Virus record (IMG/VR): IMGVR_UViG_3300035210_000151
DNA: 64,000 nt
From: a virus
Taxonomy: Duplodnaviria > Heunggongvirae > Uroviricota > Caudoviricetes
Direction: 5' to 3' (one strand)
Numbering within the stretch: position 1 is the stretch's first letter; each line of letters begins with the position of its first letter. Positions 20,571 to 30,970 of the stretch are shown here, piece by piece. Below the pieces are notes generated by a model. It had not been told where the DNA came from, did no database searches, and saw nothing but the letters and a program-made list of their open reading frames with translations. Both the position numbers and the translations under genes were made by a program.

Positions 20571-20837
20571 TTAATGTTTTAATAATGCACATTTAGTATT
20601 TTTAGATAATACCAAATTAGAAATATCGACCACTTTTGATCCCACTTCTCGCCAGTTATTTTCAACTGCTATTTTTCTGACAGTGGTTTCAAATTGTGAT
20701 AATTCATCTTTATTGAGCATCATTTCAATTTCATTGGTGTCATTGATGTAATACAATGTGCCATCATGTTCATAAGTCCTAAAACTTAACTTATCATCTT
20801 TGTCTACGAATAATCGTAAGGAAACATACTTATTCAT
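20571..20837 (-). CDS. hypothetical protein
   Basis: AGGAGG RBS; 88 aa. Confidence 0.7.
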   Translation of the reverse strand: MNKYVSLRLFVDKDDKLSFRTYEHDGTLYYINDTNEIEMMLNKDELSQFETTVRKIAVENNWREVGSKVVDISNLVLSKNTKCALLKH

Positions 20838-20997
20838 AGCTACCTCCTAATAGTTTTTATTAATAATATCATAAAAAATAGAAAAATATATAGTGGCATT
20901 CTATCTTCTGGCTGAGTGGTATATTCTTCAAAACTTTAACCTTGTATATTTTTGTGTTTTTTGCTATACTGCTTGTCTAATTTAAAAGGTATCTATT

Positions 20998-21735
20998 ATG
21001 TCTAATTTTCTTAAAATTTTTGTTCGCAATGACCTGAAAATGCGAAAAGGTAAGATGGCCGCTCAATCCGGTCACGCTGCCATGAAGCTTTTCTTTGAGG
21101 CTATGAAAAAAAGCCACACCCGTATGACATTGCTAGCAAAACAAAAAGCCGAATTCTTGGAGTTCTTCAGTAACCCAGTGGTTGAAATTGTTATGGTTAA
21201 AGACGAAGATGAACTTCATGCTATTTTAGCTCCACTGGCTCCTGTGTCTGTCATCGTAGATAATGGTCGCACTGAGTTTCATGGTGTTGCAACCACTACC
21301 TGTGCTGCACATGGTATTTTCACACCTTGTGATTTGACCGTGATGAATGTACCTCAGACTTACGGTACCGAAATTAAGTCCAAGCAAATCTTTGTATTCA
21401 ACAAAGACAAACCACTCAGTAAAGAGAAGGCTTGTCAGCAAGCCGTGATTTCTTGCTTGAAGTTGCTGTATAATCAAATGTTGGATGATGAAGATGGTAA
21501 TAAGTATTTTGACATCACTCAGAAGAATGCATTAACTGACTGGATTATGAATGCTTTTGCTAAAATTGCATTGTCTACCAAGACGATGGATGAATTAGAT
21601 GAAGTTGAGCGTCAATTGAAGGCGTCTGGTTTTGTGGTCGAACGCATTGTTGATGATGGTAACGATTGTTTATGTGTGTCGCCACAATACCCTGATGACA
21701 TTGACCCTATTACACGTCACCTGTCGTTGATTTGA
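20998..21735 (+). CDS. pth2: peptidyl-tRNA hydrolase Pth2 family, tandem two-domain form
   Basis: VRNDLKMRKGKMAAQSGHA and DNGRTE; second repeat ends IDPITRHLSLI. Confidence 0.8.
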   Translation: MSNFLKIFVRNDLKMRKGKMAAQSGHAAMKLFFEAMKKSHTRMTLLAKQKAEFLEFFSNPVVEIVMVKDEDELHAILAPLAPVSVIVDNGRTEFHGVATTTCAAHGIFTPCDLTVMNVPQTYGTEIKSKQIFVFNKDKPLSKEKACQQAVISCLKLLYNQMLDDEDGNKYFDITQKNALTDWIMNAFAKIALSTKTMDELDEVERQLKASGFVVERIVDDGNDCLCVSPQYPDDIDPITRHLSLI

Positions 21736-21799
21736 ATTGAAATACGAGCATTATAATGGTATAATGCTCACCTAATTTAGTCTTTTAAGGACATTCTTC

Positions 21800-23323
21800 A
21801 TGAAATCTTTTAATGCCGGTTTGGAAGCAGATACAGTTGTAAAAATCTTTGAAAAAATCATTGTGGGTATGTCAAAACCAGATTTTGACGAAGGCACTGG
21901 TATCGCTCAACGTGCTGGGCTTACAAATTTTGATTATAAAGATCGTAGTTTCTCTAAGGATCTATCTTTTGATTCTATTTATGGTCATGTAAAGATTGAA
22001 ATTAGAATGTTTCAGGTCAAAGTCGAACTTAAACCAAGCCTTATTGAAGAAAAACTTGACATTGAAGGTCGAGCGGCTTTTTCTTGTGCGGTTTCTGACG
22101 ATTTCAATGATGTTGATTATAATAATGTTTTGGCAGTTCTTAATAAAATGGGTAAAGAAGACCCTATTACTTTTAAGATTAATGGCATGATTGGTGGGGA
22201 CACTTATCGCACCGTTATCAATGCTTGGGATGATTCCTTTACCACTAGCCATCGTGAGCTGACTGATTTGTTGGTCAATATCATTGGTAAACAGTTAGGT
22301 TTCATTACTTCCACAGAGGCTAATATTTTGAATGATGCGTATTGCCTTGGTAACGAGCCTCTCCATCGTGAGCACTACACTCAGCTTCTCATTCCACACT
22401 TTGAAACATTGTTTACTGCTTTGAAAGACAATGGACATGATGCTGAAAACGAATTTGATTTTAACGACATGGACAATTTCCTTCATTACATTGAGAGTGA
22501 AGATGAGACGGTTCGTGGCGTAGTTTTACAAACTCAGAATAATATGTTCTTGTTTGCTAAAAACACAGATACAGGTGTTTTGAAAATTTGGAATACCATT
22601 TTACTGCGTGAGTATAATGAAAGTGATGTATTTGATAAAGTCGAAGACGGTGTATTTGATGGAGCAGCATATCTTTCACCTATGTTGTTCTCTATGTTTG
22701 GTGAACGCTATGAATACCCTTGTGAACTTGAAGGCTCTGCATATCGTAAACTGCCCAGCACACTGATTGAATCGTTTGACGAGTATAATGCTCATTTGAT
22801 TTATAGTTCTGACGAAGGTTTCTATCCATTGCAAGGTCATAAAGCTCAGCGGGCGTTTGATGAAATTGATTGGGCTAGCGAAGTATTGGGTGATGAATAT
22901 GCGATTGAACCCGCAATTATTAATCAGAGTGCCATTGATTATAAGTCTCCAACCTATGTCATTCGCAAACTGACATCAGATTCATTTACCACAGATCGTG
23001 TAGCTGCGTTGATTAGGTTATTCACTGTGATGAGTGGTGATTATCATTGGGACGGAGAAGGTTTTGTTGATGGCTCTAACTACATTGTTAATCTTGACGA
23101 AAACGAATATGAAAATAAGTTAGTAAAAATCAACCGGGAATGTTTCTTGTTTGGTAAATCTTGCATTATCTTTAACCTGCCACAAAATATTACTCCCGAA
23201 TGGCTTGAAGTGGCTCGTGAGTTTGTAGGTCATTACAAAGAATGGGTCGATAATCATGATGACAAAACTTCTGCTGAATATTTAGAAGCAAAAGGTCGAT
23301 TGGATGAGCTTGTTACTATTTAA
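21800..23323 (+). CDS. large acidic hypothetical protein, paralog of 5584-7212
   Basis: Shared blocks across full length. Confidence 0.85.
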   Translation: MKSFNAGLEADTVVKIFEKIIVGMSKPDFDEGTGIAQRAGLTNFDYKDRSFSKDLSFDSIYGHVKIEIRMFQVKVELKPSLIEEKLDIEGRAAFSCAVSDDFNDVDYNNVLAVLNKMGKEDPITFKINGMIGGDTYRTVINAWDDSFTTSHRELTDLLVNIIGKQLGFITSTEANILNDAYCLGNEPLHREHYTQLLIPHFETLFTALKDNGHDAENEFDFNDMDNFLHYIESEDETVRGVVLQTQNNMFLFAKNTDTGVLKIWNTILLREYNESDVFDKVEDGVFDGAAYLSPMLFSMFGERYEYPCELEGSAYRKLPSTLIESFDEYNAHLIYSSDEGFYPLQGHKAQRAFDEIDWASEVLGDEYAIEPAIINQSAIDYKSPTYVIRKLTSDSFTTDRVAALIRLFTVMSGDYHWDGEGFVDGSNYIVNLDENEYENKLVKINRECFLFGKSCIIFNLPQNITPEWLEVAREFVGHYKEWVDNHDDKTSAEYLEAKGRLDELVTI

Positions 23324-23363
23324 ATAAGGCCGGAAAGGGCTTTGTTTTACTTATGAGGTTATT

Positions 23364-24152
23364 ATGGATATTTCAGAAAAAACAGCCGCTACAATTAATG
23401 ATATTTTCAACAATACTAATGATCCTTTGAATCTAGAATGTCTTAAAGATCCTCTTGTATATCGACAACCTGCACTTAAAGGTGAATATCCTAATTTAAT
23501 TACACATGAGATCCATCACTGCCAGTCATCTTTTGATAACTTGCTACATCTGGCAAGTGAGCGTTTTTATAATGTTAGAGACAGAAACTTTTTAAGTAGT
23601 GATATTTGTTACTTTTTAAACATGTATTTTCAATATGACTATAAACCATTTTTGTTTGTTAAAAATTTTGGATTCTATAAAATAGTGGTTGTTGTCAAAC
23701 CTTTACAGCGAATTGAATCTGATCTTGTTAAAACAGAATATTGTATAGTTGCTAAGCTTCTACTTGATGCAGATAATCAACTGGTTAAACATGCTGATAA
23801 ACCCGTTATTCTTTTATTTGAAGAAAATTGTCAACTCTTTAAATTCTTTAAGTTTCACGAAAACTACTATACACAGATATCGTTAGATAGCTTTGATCAG
23901 TTATCAAATTATTCTGTTGTGTGTAAAAAATACGATCATAGCATTATCGGTAGATCTTATTACAATCATTATTCACTAGATTTCATCCCTGTTAATCGTT
24001 TCCAATTTCGAATAAAAGATAAAGACTATTCATTCGATGTTCTTTTGAACTATGATGATGATTTTAAAAATTACACACTAGAAGAACTCATTAAACACAT
24101 GGCAACACTGGATAAAGAGCACATTGACTTATTAGCGATGTATTTGATATAA
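23364..24152 (+). CDS. hypothetical protein, MxxI C-terminal motif; paralog of 24180-24962
   Basis: Ends IDLLAMYLI; shared YPNLxTxxIxxC, FVKxFxxxKIxVV, AKxLLD. Confidence 0.8.
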   Translation: MDISEKTAATINDIFNNTNDPLNLECLKDPLVYRQPALKGEYPNLITHEIHHCQSSFDNLLHLASERFYNVRDRNFLSSDICYFLNMYFQYDYKPFLFVKNFGFYKIVVVVKPLQRIESDLVKTEYCIVAKLLLDADNQLVKHADKPVILLFEENCQLFKFFKFHENYYTQISLDSFDQLSNYSVVCKKYDHSIIGRSYYNHYSLDFIPVNRFQFRIKDKDYSFDVLLNYDDDFKNYTLEELIKHMATLDKEHIDLLAMYLI

Positions 24153-24179
24153 TAGACTACTTTGTAAAGGTGATTGACC

Positions 24180-24962
24180 ATGAATACAGACGATATTACT
24201 AATCCAACTGCAATAGCTACTGAAGCTGTTGAGTTTGATATACAATATCCTAATTTGTTTACATATGATATTGCGAATTGCAAACAGACATTTCCTAATT
24301 TGTCATTACTGCTCGATCAAGGTTTTAAACCCGTCAAGTCGGTAAGTGATGAAATTATTGATCTTTTCAAACGGGATGAGCTTTTCTTAAATTTACAAGT
24401 CTCTCAAAATGTCTTTGTTAAAGAGTTCGATTATTTTAAAATCATGGTGGTTCTTTCTATTGCTCCATCAAGAGTTGAATTCCCAGACTTATTGCCAACC
24501 AATAATCATCCTTACTACATTCTTGCTAAGGTGCTTCTGGATAAACATGATAATCTTTTAAAAAAACTTGAATATGATCTACCTTCGATGACATTTTATC
24601 GTAAAGAAGGCGGTATATCATCAAATAGAAGCAATGTTATTCTAGACAGTTATTATACTTTCTTTGATACTCATTATGCAGTGACAGATATTGAAGAATT
24701 TGATCACTACAATTCTAAGTATTATTTTGTTTTCAGAGAATACAATCATAACATTATTGCGACCGCTGTTCACTGTGATTCAGCGATTGAACTCATTAGT
24801 TTGAAAAACAGCACATTTTACATGAATGGGATAGTGTACAATCCCGATATTTTGTTTGAAATTGAAGGCACCGTAAAAGGTAGCCATTTTAGAGATTATC
24901 TTGATTGTCGAATTTCGATGACACAAGATAAGCTTGATTTGTTAGCCATGACCATGATATAA
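24180..24962 (+). CDS. hypothetical protein, MxxI C-terminal motif
   Basis: Ends LDLLAMTMI. Confidence 0.8.
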   Translation: MNTDDITNPTAIATEAVEFDIQYPNLFTYDIANCKQTFPNLSLLLDQGFKPVKSVSDEIIDLFKRDELFLNLQVSQNVFVKEFDYFKIMVVLSIAPSRVEFPDLLPTNNHPYYILAKVLLDKHDNLLKKLEYDLPSMTFYRKEGGISSNRSNVILDSYYTFFDTHYAVTDIEEFDHYNSKYYFVFREYNHNIIATAVHCDSAIELISLKNSTFYMNGIVYNPDILFEIEGTVKGSHFRDYLDCRISMTQDKLDLLAMTMI

Positions 24963-24984
24963 TCACAAAAATTTGGAGTCTAAA

Positions 24985-25635
24985 ATGAATATTAACGAAA
25001 TGTTTGATAAAGTTAAAGAGCGTGCCTATTCCATGTTTGGCTTAGAAAAAATCAGTATTGATCCTGCATTCTTCTCAAAATTTGATGACGAATTTAAAAA
25101 TAGTGAAGTTTTTAATTCTTTTATGACTCAGACTGGAAATTCATTTACCTATGTGACTGATCGTCTAACTGACCCCGTTATTCAGCCTATTGTTGAATCT
25201 TACTTTGTATTTTGTCGAGAAAAGTTTGAATCGCTTTCTATTGATGATCAAGTAGACTTGGCTGCAGAAACTTTTTTGAAGAATCTTAGTTATTATCGAG
25301 GTTCAAAGCTTCATGGTGTTCTTGATGGCGTTAGGAAAGAACTGTTCATGTCAGATATTGAAACATTGTTTGATGGCGACTATTATGCTGATGTCGTCTT
25401 TGCTATTGGCGGTCACTTTCAAAAAGCTGTCAACATGAAAGATATTAAATCAAATTTAAAGAAAGAAATCGCTAGACTTCGTGATGGTAAAAAAGTGGCC
25501 TATCTGATTCGTGAGCAACATTGTTTTAAATATATGACATGTGTTGATGCCATTTTTAAGGTTGCGGCACTTAAAAAAGAAATAAAAACGATTAAAATCA
25601 AACATGGAATTATAGAAATTAAAGAAGACCTTTGA
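24985..25635 (+). CDS. hypothetical protein
   Basis: GGAG RBS before ATG at 24985. Confidence 0.75.
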   Translation: MNINEMFDKVKERAYSMFGLEKISIDPAFFSKFDDEFKNSEVFNSFMTQTGNSFTYVTDRLTDPVIQPIVESYFVFCREKFESLSIDDQVDLAAETFLKNLSYYRGSKLHGVLDGVRKELFMSDIETLFDGDYYADVVFAIGGHFQKAVNMKDIKSNLKKEIARLRDGKKVAYLIREQHCFKYMTCVDAIFKVAALKKEIKTIKIKHGIIEIKEDL

Positions 25636-25705
25636 GAAATCAGAGGTTTTTCACTTTTAAAAACTAGAAAATATGCTATTATTTTAATATAACATTAGAG
25701 TAAAC

Positions 25706-26485
25706 ATGGATATTAAATCATTTTTAGAACATAAAATTTTAACAGATCTCGATTTTGTGAAGCAATCTATTGAAAATTATTCATCTCAAACCGTTTGGCA
25801 TGCTATTGATGAGAAACACATTACTCAAATTCTAGACAACATGTCATTACAACCTTTTACAGCACAACGTTACTGGGAGAATGGTCAGCGTTATAAAGAT
25901 GATCATCCAGAATATGAAAACAGTAAATGGATGTACGGTTGGAGCATGACCAGAAAGAAAGAATATGCAATGGGATGGAATTCTATTGTTGTTGAATTAG
26001 ACCTTGATAAGATTAAAGAACAATTTGAAGTTAAACCATTCGCTTGGAATTTCCTCTTTAAACACAAAACTGATAATCGTAAAGAACACGAAGAATTTGT
26101 TATTGCTCACTATGGTAAAGAAAGTATTCCAGAAATGAAACAAGCAGACCTTGATCGAGATGTTCTTATTGGTGAATTAGAAGACAAACTCTATTCGTTA
26201 ACTAATGATGATGAGAAAGCAAAGTTAAAAGCTGAAATAGATGAATTGTATGATGTTCCTACTTGGTATAAGCGTTGGGATACTTGTTATGGTAAGAATC
26301 TTGATTTAAAGAGTTGTTTGAAAGGTGTTTATATTTCACAAAGCTCTCTGGAAATATTTGGTGCTGATCATCCTGCTTTCAAACGTGTTATGGAAGATCC
26401 TTTGTATAAAGGTATATTTGTATCACCTAATGACAAAGCTAAGCAAAAAGAAGAACAGAAGAAAACTAAGACATTAAAACCATAA
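25706..26485 (+). CDS. putative ADP-ribosyltransferase-fold protein
   Basis: VWHA ... GWSMTR ... EHEEFVI arrangement; basic tail KKTKTLKP. Confidence 0.45.
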   Translation: MDIKSFLEHKILTDLDFVKQSIENYSSQTVWHAIDEKHITQILDNMSLQPFTAQRYWENGQRYKDDHPEYENSKWMYGWSMTRKKEYAMGWNSIVVELDLDKIKEQFEVKPFAWNFLFKHKTDNRKEHEEFVIAHYGKESIPEMKQADLDRDVLIGELEDKLYSLTNDDEKAKLKAEIDELYDVPTWYKRWDTCYGKNLDLKSCLKGVYISQSSLEIFGADHPAFKRVMEDPLYKGIFVSPNDKAKQKEEQKKTKTLKP

Positions 26486-26505
26486 GTCGCTTAGGCGGCT
26501 TTTTT
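26484..26505 (+). terminator. intrinsic terminator
   Basis: AAGTCGC-TTAG-GCGGCTT plus T run. Confidence 0.7.
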
Positions 26506-26560
26506 GTTGACTTTACTTTTTTTGTTTTTGTGTTATTTTCTTATAAAAGAGGATATTATC

Positions 26561-26911
26561 ATGAGAATGCCATCATTACGCTTAAATGTTCCACAAGACA
26601 CTGTATTTCCAGAATCTCAACCATTGAGTGTATGGTTAGAACAAATCATGTATTTGACTAAGACTTATGGTGAAGACATGGTATTATATGTTGTCTCAGA
26701 AGAACCTGTCTTATTTAAACTCTCTACCCATGCTAATTTTTCTATGGATCTTGAACAAAAGAGCATTCCTGACGATGTTGAAATGACATTGAAGCAATGG
26801 AAAGAAGGTTTGAATAGACTCATTCACAAATATTCAGAAGATACGCTTCTATACCCTGTTTCAGAAGGGAAAACACTTGTGTTTTATATTTCCCCTATTA
26901 AACGAGATTAA
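26561..26911 (+). CDS. hypothetical protein with internal two-fold repeat
   Basis: LxxWxExxxxLxxxYxEDxxLYxVSE occurs twice; GAGGA RBS. Confidence 0.75.
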   Translation: MRMPSLRLNVPQDTVFPESQPLSVWLEQIMYLTKTYGEDMVLYVVSEEPVLFKLSTHANFSMDLEQKSIPDDVEMTLKQWKEGLNRLIHKYSEDTLLYPVSEGKTLVFYISPIKRD

Positions 26912-26935
26912 TCGTATCAATAATTACTATGAGTA

Positions 26936-28834
26936 TTAAGAAATACTCATTCTTGCTGTTCTATTAACAGTGTCTTTATAATTAACTTCATTGACCACTT
27001 CATGAGCATATTCAAGTGTTTCATCTGACGATTCAACTTCGTCATCATTTTTGTAATGGGCGGCATAATGCTCACCATCAATATCTATAGTAAAACCTAT
27101 CATGGACTCATTATCAGCGGATTCTTTTGAAAAATCAAAAAGGAAGTATTGTTTATTACCACCATCCGTATAACTGTTGAAATACGATTCATCTCTTACG
27201 ATACACCAAGAACTACTACCTAAAAGTTTGCTTTGTTCATAGTCTTCTATTTGAACAATTAAAATATCATCGGATTGGCTCATAATTTTCACGCCCGCGT
27301 TTTCAGCTTTGTTTAAAACGGCATCCATTGTGAAATCATTAAAGGAATCTAAAAACTTTTTTAAGCCTTCATTGAATTCTTCTGGTGTTTTGTAAGCGGC
27401 TATTTTCTTGCCTATATAATTTTGAAACACATCTGTCTTTAATTTTAAATCGTAAATGTTTTCAATTATTTTATAGGATTCATCATTATAAAGGTTCATG
27501 TATTTATTACTGGCTATACTGTGAGCAAATAGTTGAACTTTGTGGTCTTTTATCTTTTTGTTCATTTTGTCATCTAAGTCTTCAACCGCTCTGTATTTAT
27601 CTGGTTTAATAAGTTCTGACTTCTCGTATTCAGCTTTAATATCAAAAGGCTTACTATTAAAAAAATCTAAATTTGTAGAATATGTGTTAACAGCAACAAG
27701 AAGCTTACCTAAATTAATTAAAGAGTTTTCTCTTTTAAAAATATCAATAAAATTCTTGGCAACTGTTGGGTTTTTCTTAAATACATTTCTGATATGCTCA
27801 GCTACAATGGAGTCTTTTAAAGAATGTAGTTGTTTTGATGTAAACACATCGGCATAGGTGTTATCACTTTTTTTCATAACCACACTTCTATCAGAGAACA
27901 ATATAATTTCTTTTATTTTACTATGATTAAATTCCATGACATTTTTTATACCTTGTTCTTCTAATGTCTTCTCAGTAATTTTTTCATTTAAGAAAGTTGT
28001 AATATCTTTTGCTACTGGTTTTGATTGATTTTCAATCATGAATGTATCGGCTAGTTTAAGTGGAATACCCGCGTCTCTCAATTTTATAAAAGCTTCTATA
28101 TTTTCTTTGTTAAGCCTATCCACATAATCTTCTATAATTGAATAATTAAATAAATTTGGTTCTTTTAAAGTCCTATTGTTTTCAAATATTCCAGACTCTT
28201 CATCAATAAATTTTTTCATTGCAGCTAAATCTTCATTGGTATCTATGTTATTATCATACTCAATGAAGTCATAGTTCCTTATATTAGGATCGATTTCTTT
28301 TACAGTCTTTTTCATTGCATGAACACATTCTTGAATTGCTAAATCCCATGTATTTACAGCATCTTTTTTCTTTTGAAGATGGTTTTTGATGTTTGTTATT
28401 TTTGGGTCGTTTTTATATTCTTCTAATATACGGCCTATATTGGTTAAATTGTCTGTAATGTCTATATTATGTTCTTCAGCGAATAACTTTATTTTTTCGA
28501 TGTGTCTTGTTATTTTTTCTGGGAATAGGTTGATACTTCTTTCACTTTCTTCTAGGTGTAATTTTACCCAATGGGCTGATACTGTATTATTATCGAATAA
28601 ATTAAATCTGCCATCGACTTTTCTTGTTCTCATCATGCTATATAGTTTTTCAATGTACATGTCGTGAGCTTTTTTATTTCTGAATAAATCTTGATAACCA
28701 TAGCATACTGTGGGTTCTGGGGTAGGATGTCCTACAATTTGACGTATTTTAATGGAACCAGAAAATTGATTAACAAGTGGAGCGAATTTTTTTTCTATTG
28801 ACATAATATAATTAATTTGGTTTCTATCTTTCAT
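26936..28834 (-). CDS. LGSSSWCI-domain family protein
   Basis: SNKYxxLY, IGKKIA, LGSSSWCI, QYFxxDF, AHYKND. Confidence 0.8.
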   Translation of the reverse strand: MKDRNQINYIMSIEKKFAPLVNQFSGSIKIRQIVGHPTPEPTVCYGYQDLFRNKKAHDMYIEKLYSMMRTRKVDGRFNLFDNNTVSAHWVKLHLEESERSINLFPEKITRHIEKIKLFAEEHNIDITDNLTNIGRILEEYKNDPKITNIKNHLQKKKDAVNTWDLAIQECVHAMKKTVKEIDPNIRNYDFIEYDNNIDTNEDLAAMKKFIDEESGIFENNRTLKEPNLFNYSIIEDYVDRLNKENIEAFIKLRDAGIPLKLADTFMIENQSKPVAKDITTFLNEKITEKTLEEQGIKNVMEFNHSKIKEIILFSDRSVVMKKSDNTYADVFTSKQLHSLKDSIVAEHIRNVFKKNPTVAKNFIDIFKRENSLINLGKLLVAVNTYSTNLDFFNSKPFDIKAEYEKSELIKPDKYRAVEDLDDKMNKKIKDHKVQLFAHSIASNKYMNLYNDESYKIIENIYDLKLKTDVFQNYIGKKIAAYKTPEEFNEGLKKFLDSFNDFTMDAVLNKAENAGVKIMSQSDDILIVQIEDYEQSKLLGSSSWCIVRDESYFNSYTDGGNKQYFLFDFSKESADNESMIGFTIDIDGEHYAAHYKNDDEVESSDETLEYAHEVVNEVNYKDTVNRTARMSIS

Positions 28835-28963
28835 TGTATCATATTTTTGTTATTAAAAAAGAACATTAATTATTCATTTTCTGTTTCCGTTAAAATAGAT
28901 ATCTATTGATTCTAGTTTGTGTTTTGTGGTAAAATAAGACAACTTTTTAATGAGTATTTCCTT

Positions 28964-30907
28964 ATGTATATGACTCCAAGCTGGACTGGTTTAACTCTCT
29001 TAGAACATATGGTATTTCCTGCCATCTTTCAGCATGAAATGGAAACAAGGACTAGAGTTTTTAATCCTAATGCTCAATTATCCAATATTTCGGATGTTTA
29101 CTGTTGCATGGGATTATATTTGGATTCTATTCATGACACTGTAAAATATCAGACATCTTCGGTGTATAAAGAATACATGGAATTGGATATGAATTCAGAA
29201 AAATTTAAGTCAATTCGAGCCTTTGTCAATGGAGAAGAATTATTTTCATTTAAAAAAGAACCAAAATTAATAAAAAATATTTTTAAAGGGCATGAGTTTG
29301 AAAATATCTTTATGGTAAATGAACTTCAGGCTGAAACTCGACAGCTTATGAACTTGATTCGGTCAATAATGTCTCTTTCAATGAATAATTTTGTTGATTA
29401 TTGGGAAAATGTTATTGCTCCATCAACGTCTTATGACATCAACAAAGAACTTAAAATTTTGCGTGAAATTTCTGATAAATACTTTACATCAATTGAATAT
29501 CTTTCTCTTTATAATCTGATTTCAGAATCAAATGAATATACATTTCATGATGGTTTTTTTGACAAGAACACTGTGAAACGTGCTGCTGTTCATGAAAAAT
29601 ATAAAATGTTCTTCACTCGTGTTTTTAATATTTTCAATGGTGGAAAAATTGGAGATCGTTTTGATCTTACATCCTTTAAAAATGATATTGGCATCATTCA
29701 ATCCACATTGCTGTCGTTAACTAATAAGTATCCAACACTTTTTAACGCTTTAAACATTCAAGAAATTCAGGCGATTCAATATATTGATTCAAATCATTCT
29801 GTTAACGCAACAATGGACGAAATGGATAATTTTCCTATACTCGCTAAATATTCACCATCCAATGGTCAATACCGTTCAATGATCTTCTTTTACGACCATT
29901 CAGTGTTAGCACAACGTCATATAAATGGGCCGTTTGAACTTTTTTATGACTACAAATCAATTCCATCACTTGTGAATGAAGCGTTCTATCAACATTTAAA
30001 AAATATGACACGGAAATCACCTACCATTTCAAAATACTTTTTGGCGGGTTACAAGACTTTGTTTGACTATTATAATGAAAAAGATAAAAAATCTCCATAT
30101 TGCCGAAATCTTCTTGTAGGCTGTAATCACACGCTTAGAGATTATTATGAACATGAGAACATTTTAAAAGTAAACAATTATAATATTCTTGATGTGTTTG
30201 ATAATCATGACGACTATGATCAATGGTGTGAACGTGTAACTGATAAAATGTATATGGTTATTAAAAACCATGCCATTAATAAATACTCAAAATCATTATT
30301 TAGTAATAAGTATCGTCACCTTTATTCAGATAGTCTGCTGACTATTTTTAATGAACTGTATAGGTTGAAAATCCCATGCAGTTACATTCAGGATACTGTT
30401 GGTAAAAAGATGGCATCATTTAATACGCCTGATGAGTTGTATGCAGCACTTGAAAACATGCTCAACTTGTTAGACAACTTCTCATTTGACATGGTGATGG
30501 ACAATGTGAAAAAAGTTAATGCTGATGTTATATCGAGCGAGGATAATAAATTGTTAATTAGAATAAACACCTTTGAACAATCCACATTGCTGGGAAGTTC
30601 TTCATGGTGCATTTCTCGTGAAGAAAGTCATTTTTTAAATTACACGGTAAACAACAACCAACAATATTTTATGTATGATTTTAATAAACAATCAAGAGAT
30701 AATGATTGTATTATTGGTTGCACATTGGGATCTAATTTGAAATTAAAAGTGGCACATTACAAAAATGACCAAGAAATTTATGAAGATGAATCTATTGATT
30801 ACATTATTAAGAAAGTGAAAGATTATAAAAAAGAATCTATGGTTAGTCTTAATTTTATTCAAAAAATAACTAATGTTGCAAAAAAGTCAGTGAACGTATT
30901 TCAATAA
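28964..30907 (+). CDS. LGSSSWCI-domain family protein
   Basis: Same C-terminal domain; divergent from 26936-28834. Confidence 0.8.
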   Translation: MYMTPSWTGLTLLEHMVFPAIFQHEMETRTRVFNPNAQLSNISDVYCCMGLYLDSIHDTVKYQTSSVYKEYMELDMNSEKFKSIRAFVNGEELFSFKKEPKLIKNIFKGHEFENIFMVNELQAETRQLMNLIRSIMSLSMNNFVDYWENVIAPSTSYDINKELKILREISDKYFTSIEYLSLYNLISESNEYTFHDGFFDKNTVKRAAVHEKYKMFFTRVFNIFNGGKIGDRFDLTSFKNDIGIIQSTLLSLTNKYPTLFNALNIQEIQAIQYIDSNHSVNATMDEMDNFPILAKYSPSNGQYRSMIFFYDHSVLAQRHINGPFELFYDYKSIPSLVNEAFYQHLKNMTRKSPTISKYFLAGYKTLFDYYNEKDKKSPYCRNLLVGCNHTLRDYYEHENILKVNNYNILDVFDNHDDYDQWCERVTDKMYMVIKNHAINKYSKSLFSNKYRHLYSDSLLTIFNELYRLKIPCSYIQDTVGKKMASFNTPDELYAALENMLNLLDNFSFDMVMDNVKKVNADVISSEDNKLLIRINTFEQSTLLGSSSWCISREESHFLNYTVNNNQQYFMYDFNKQSRDNDCIIGCTLGSNLKLKVAHYKNDQEIYEDESIDYIIKKVKDYKKESMVSLNFIQKITNVAKKSVNVFQ

Positions 30908-30928
30908 GGATATATGCATGTTTGCATT

Positions 30929-30960
30929 AAAAAAGCCTATCCGAAGATAGGCTTTCTTTT
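30929..30960. terminator. bidirectional intrinsic terminator
   Basis: AAAAAAGCCTATC-CGAA-GATAGGCTTTCTTTT. Confidence 0.8.
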
Positions 30961-30970
30961 GTATTCTCAG

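Noticed and set aside
26936-26980. C-terminus RTARMSIS has Met at -4
   Set aside because: Lacks the -7/-6 hydrophobics and hydrophobic terminal residue; its paralogs lack it; not counted in the tag set.
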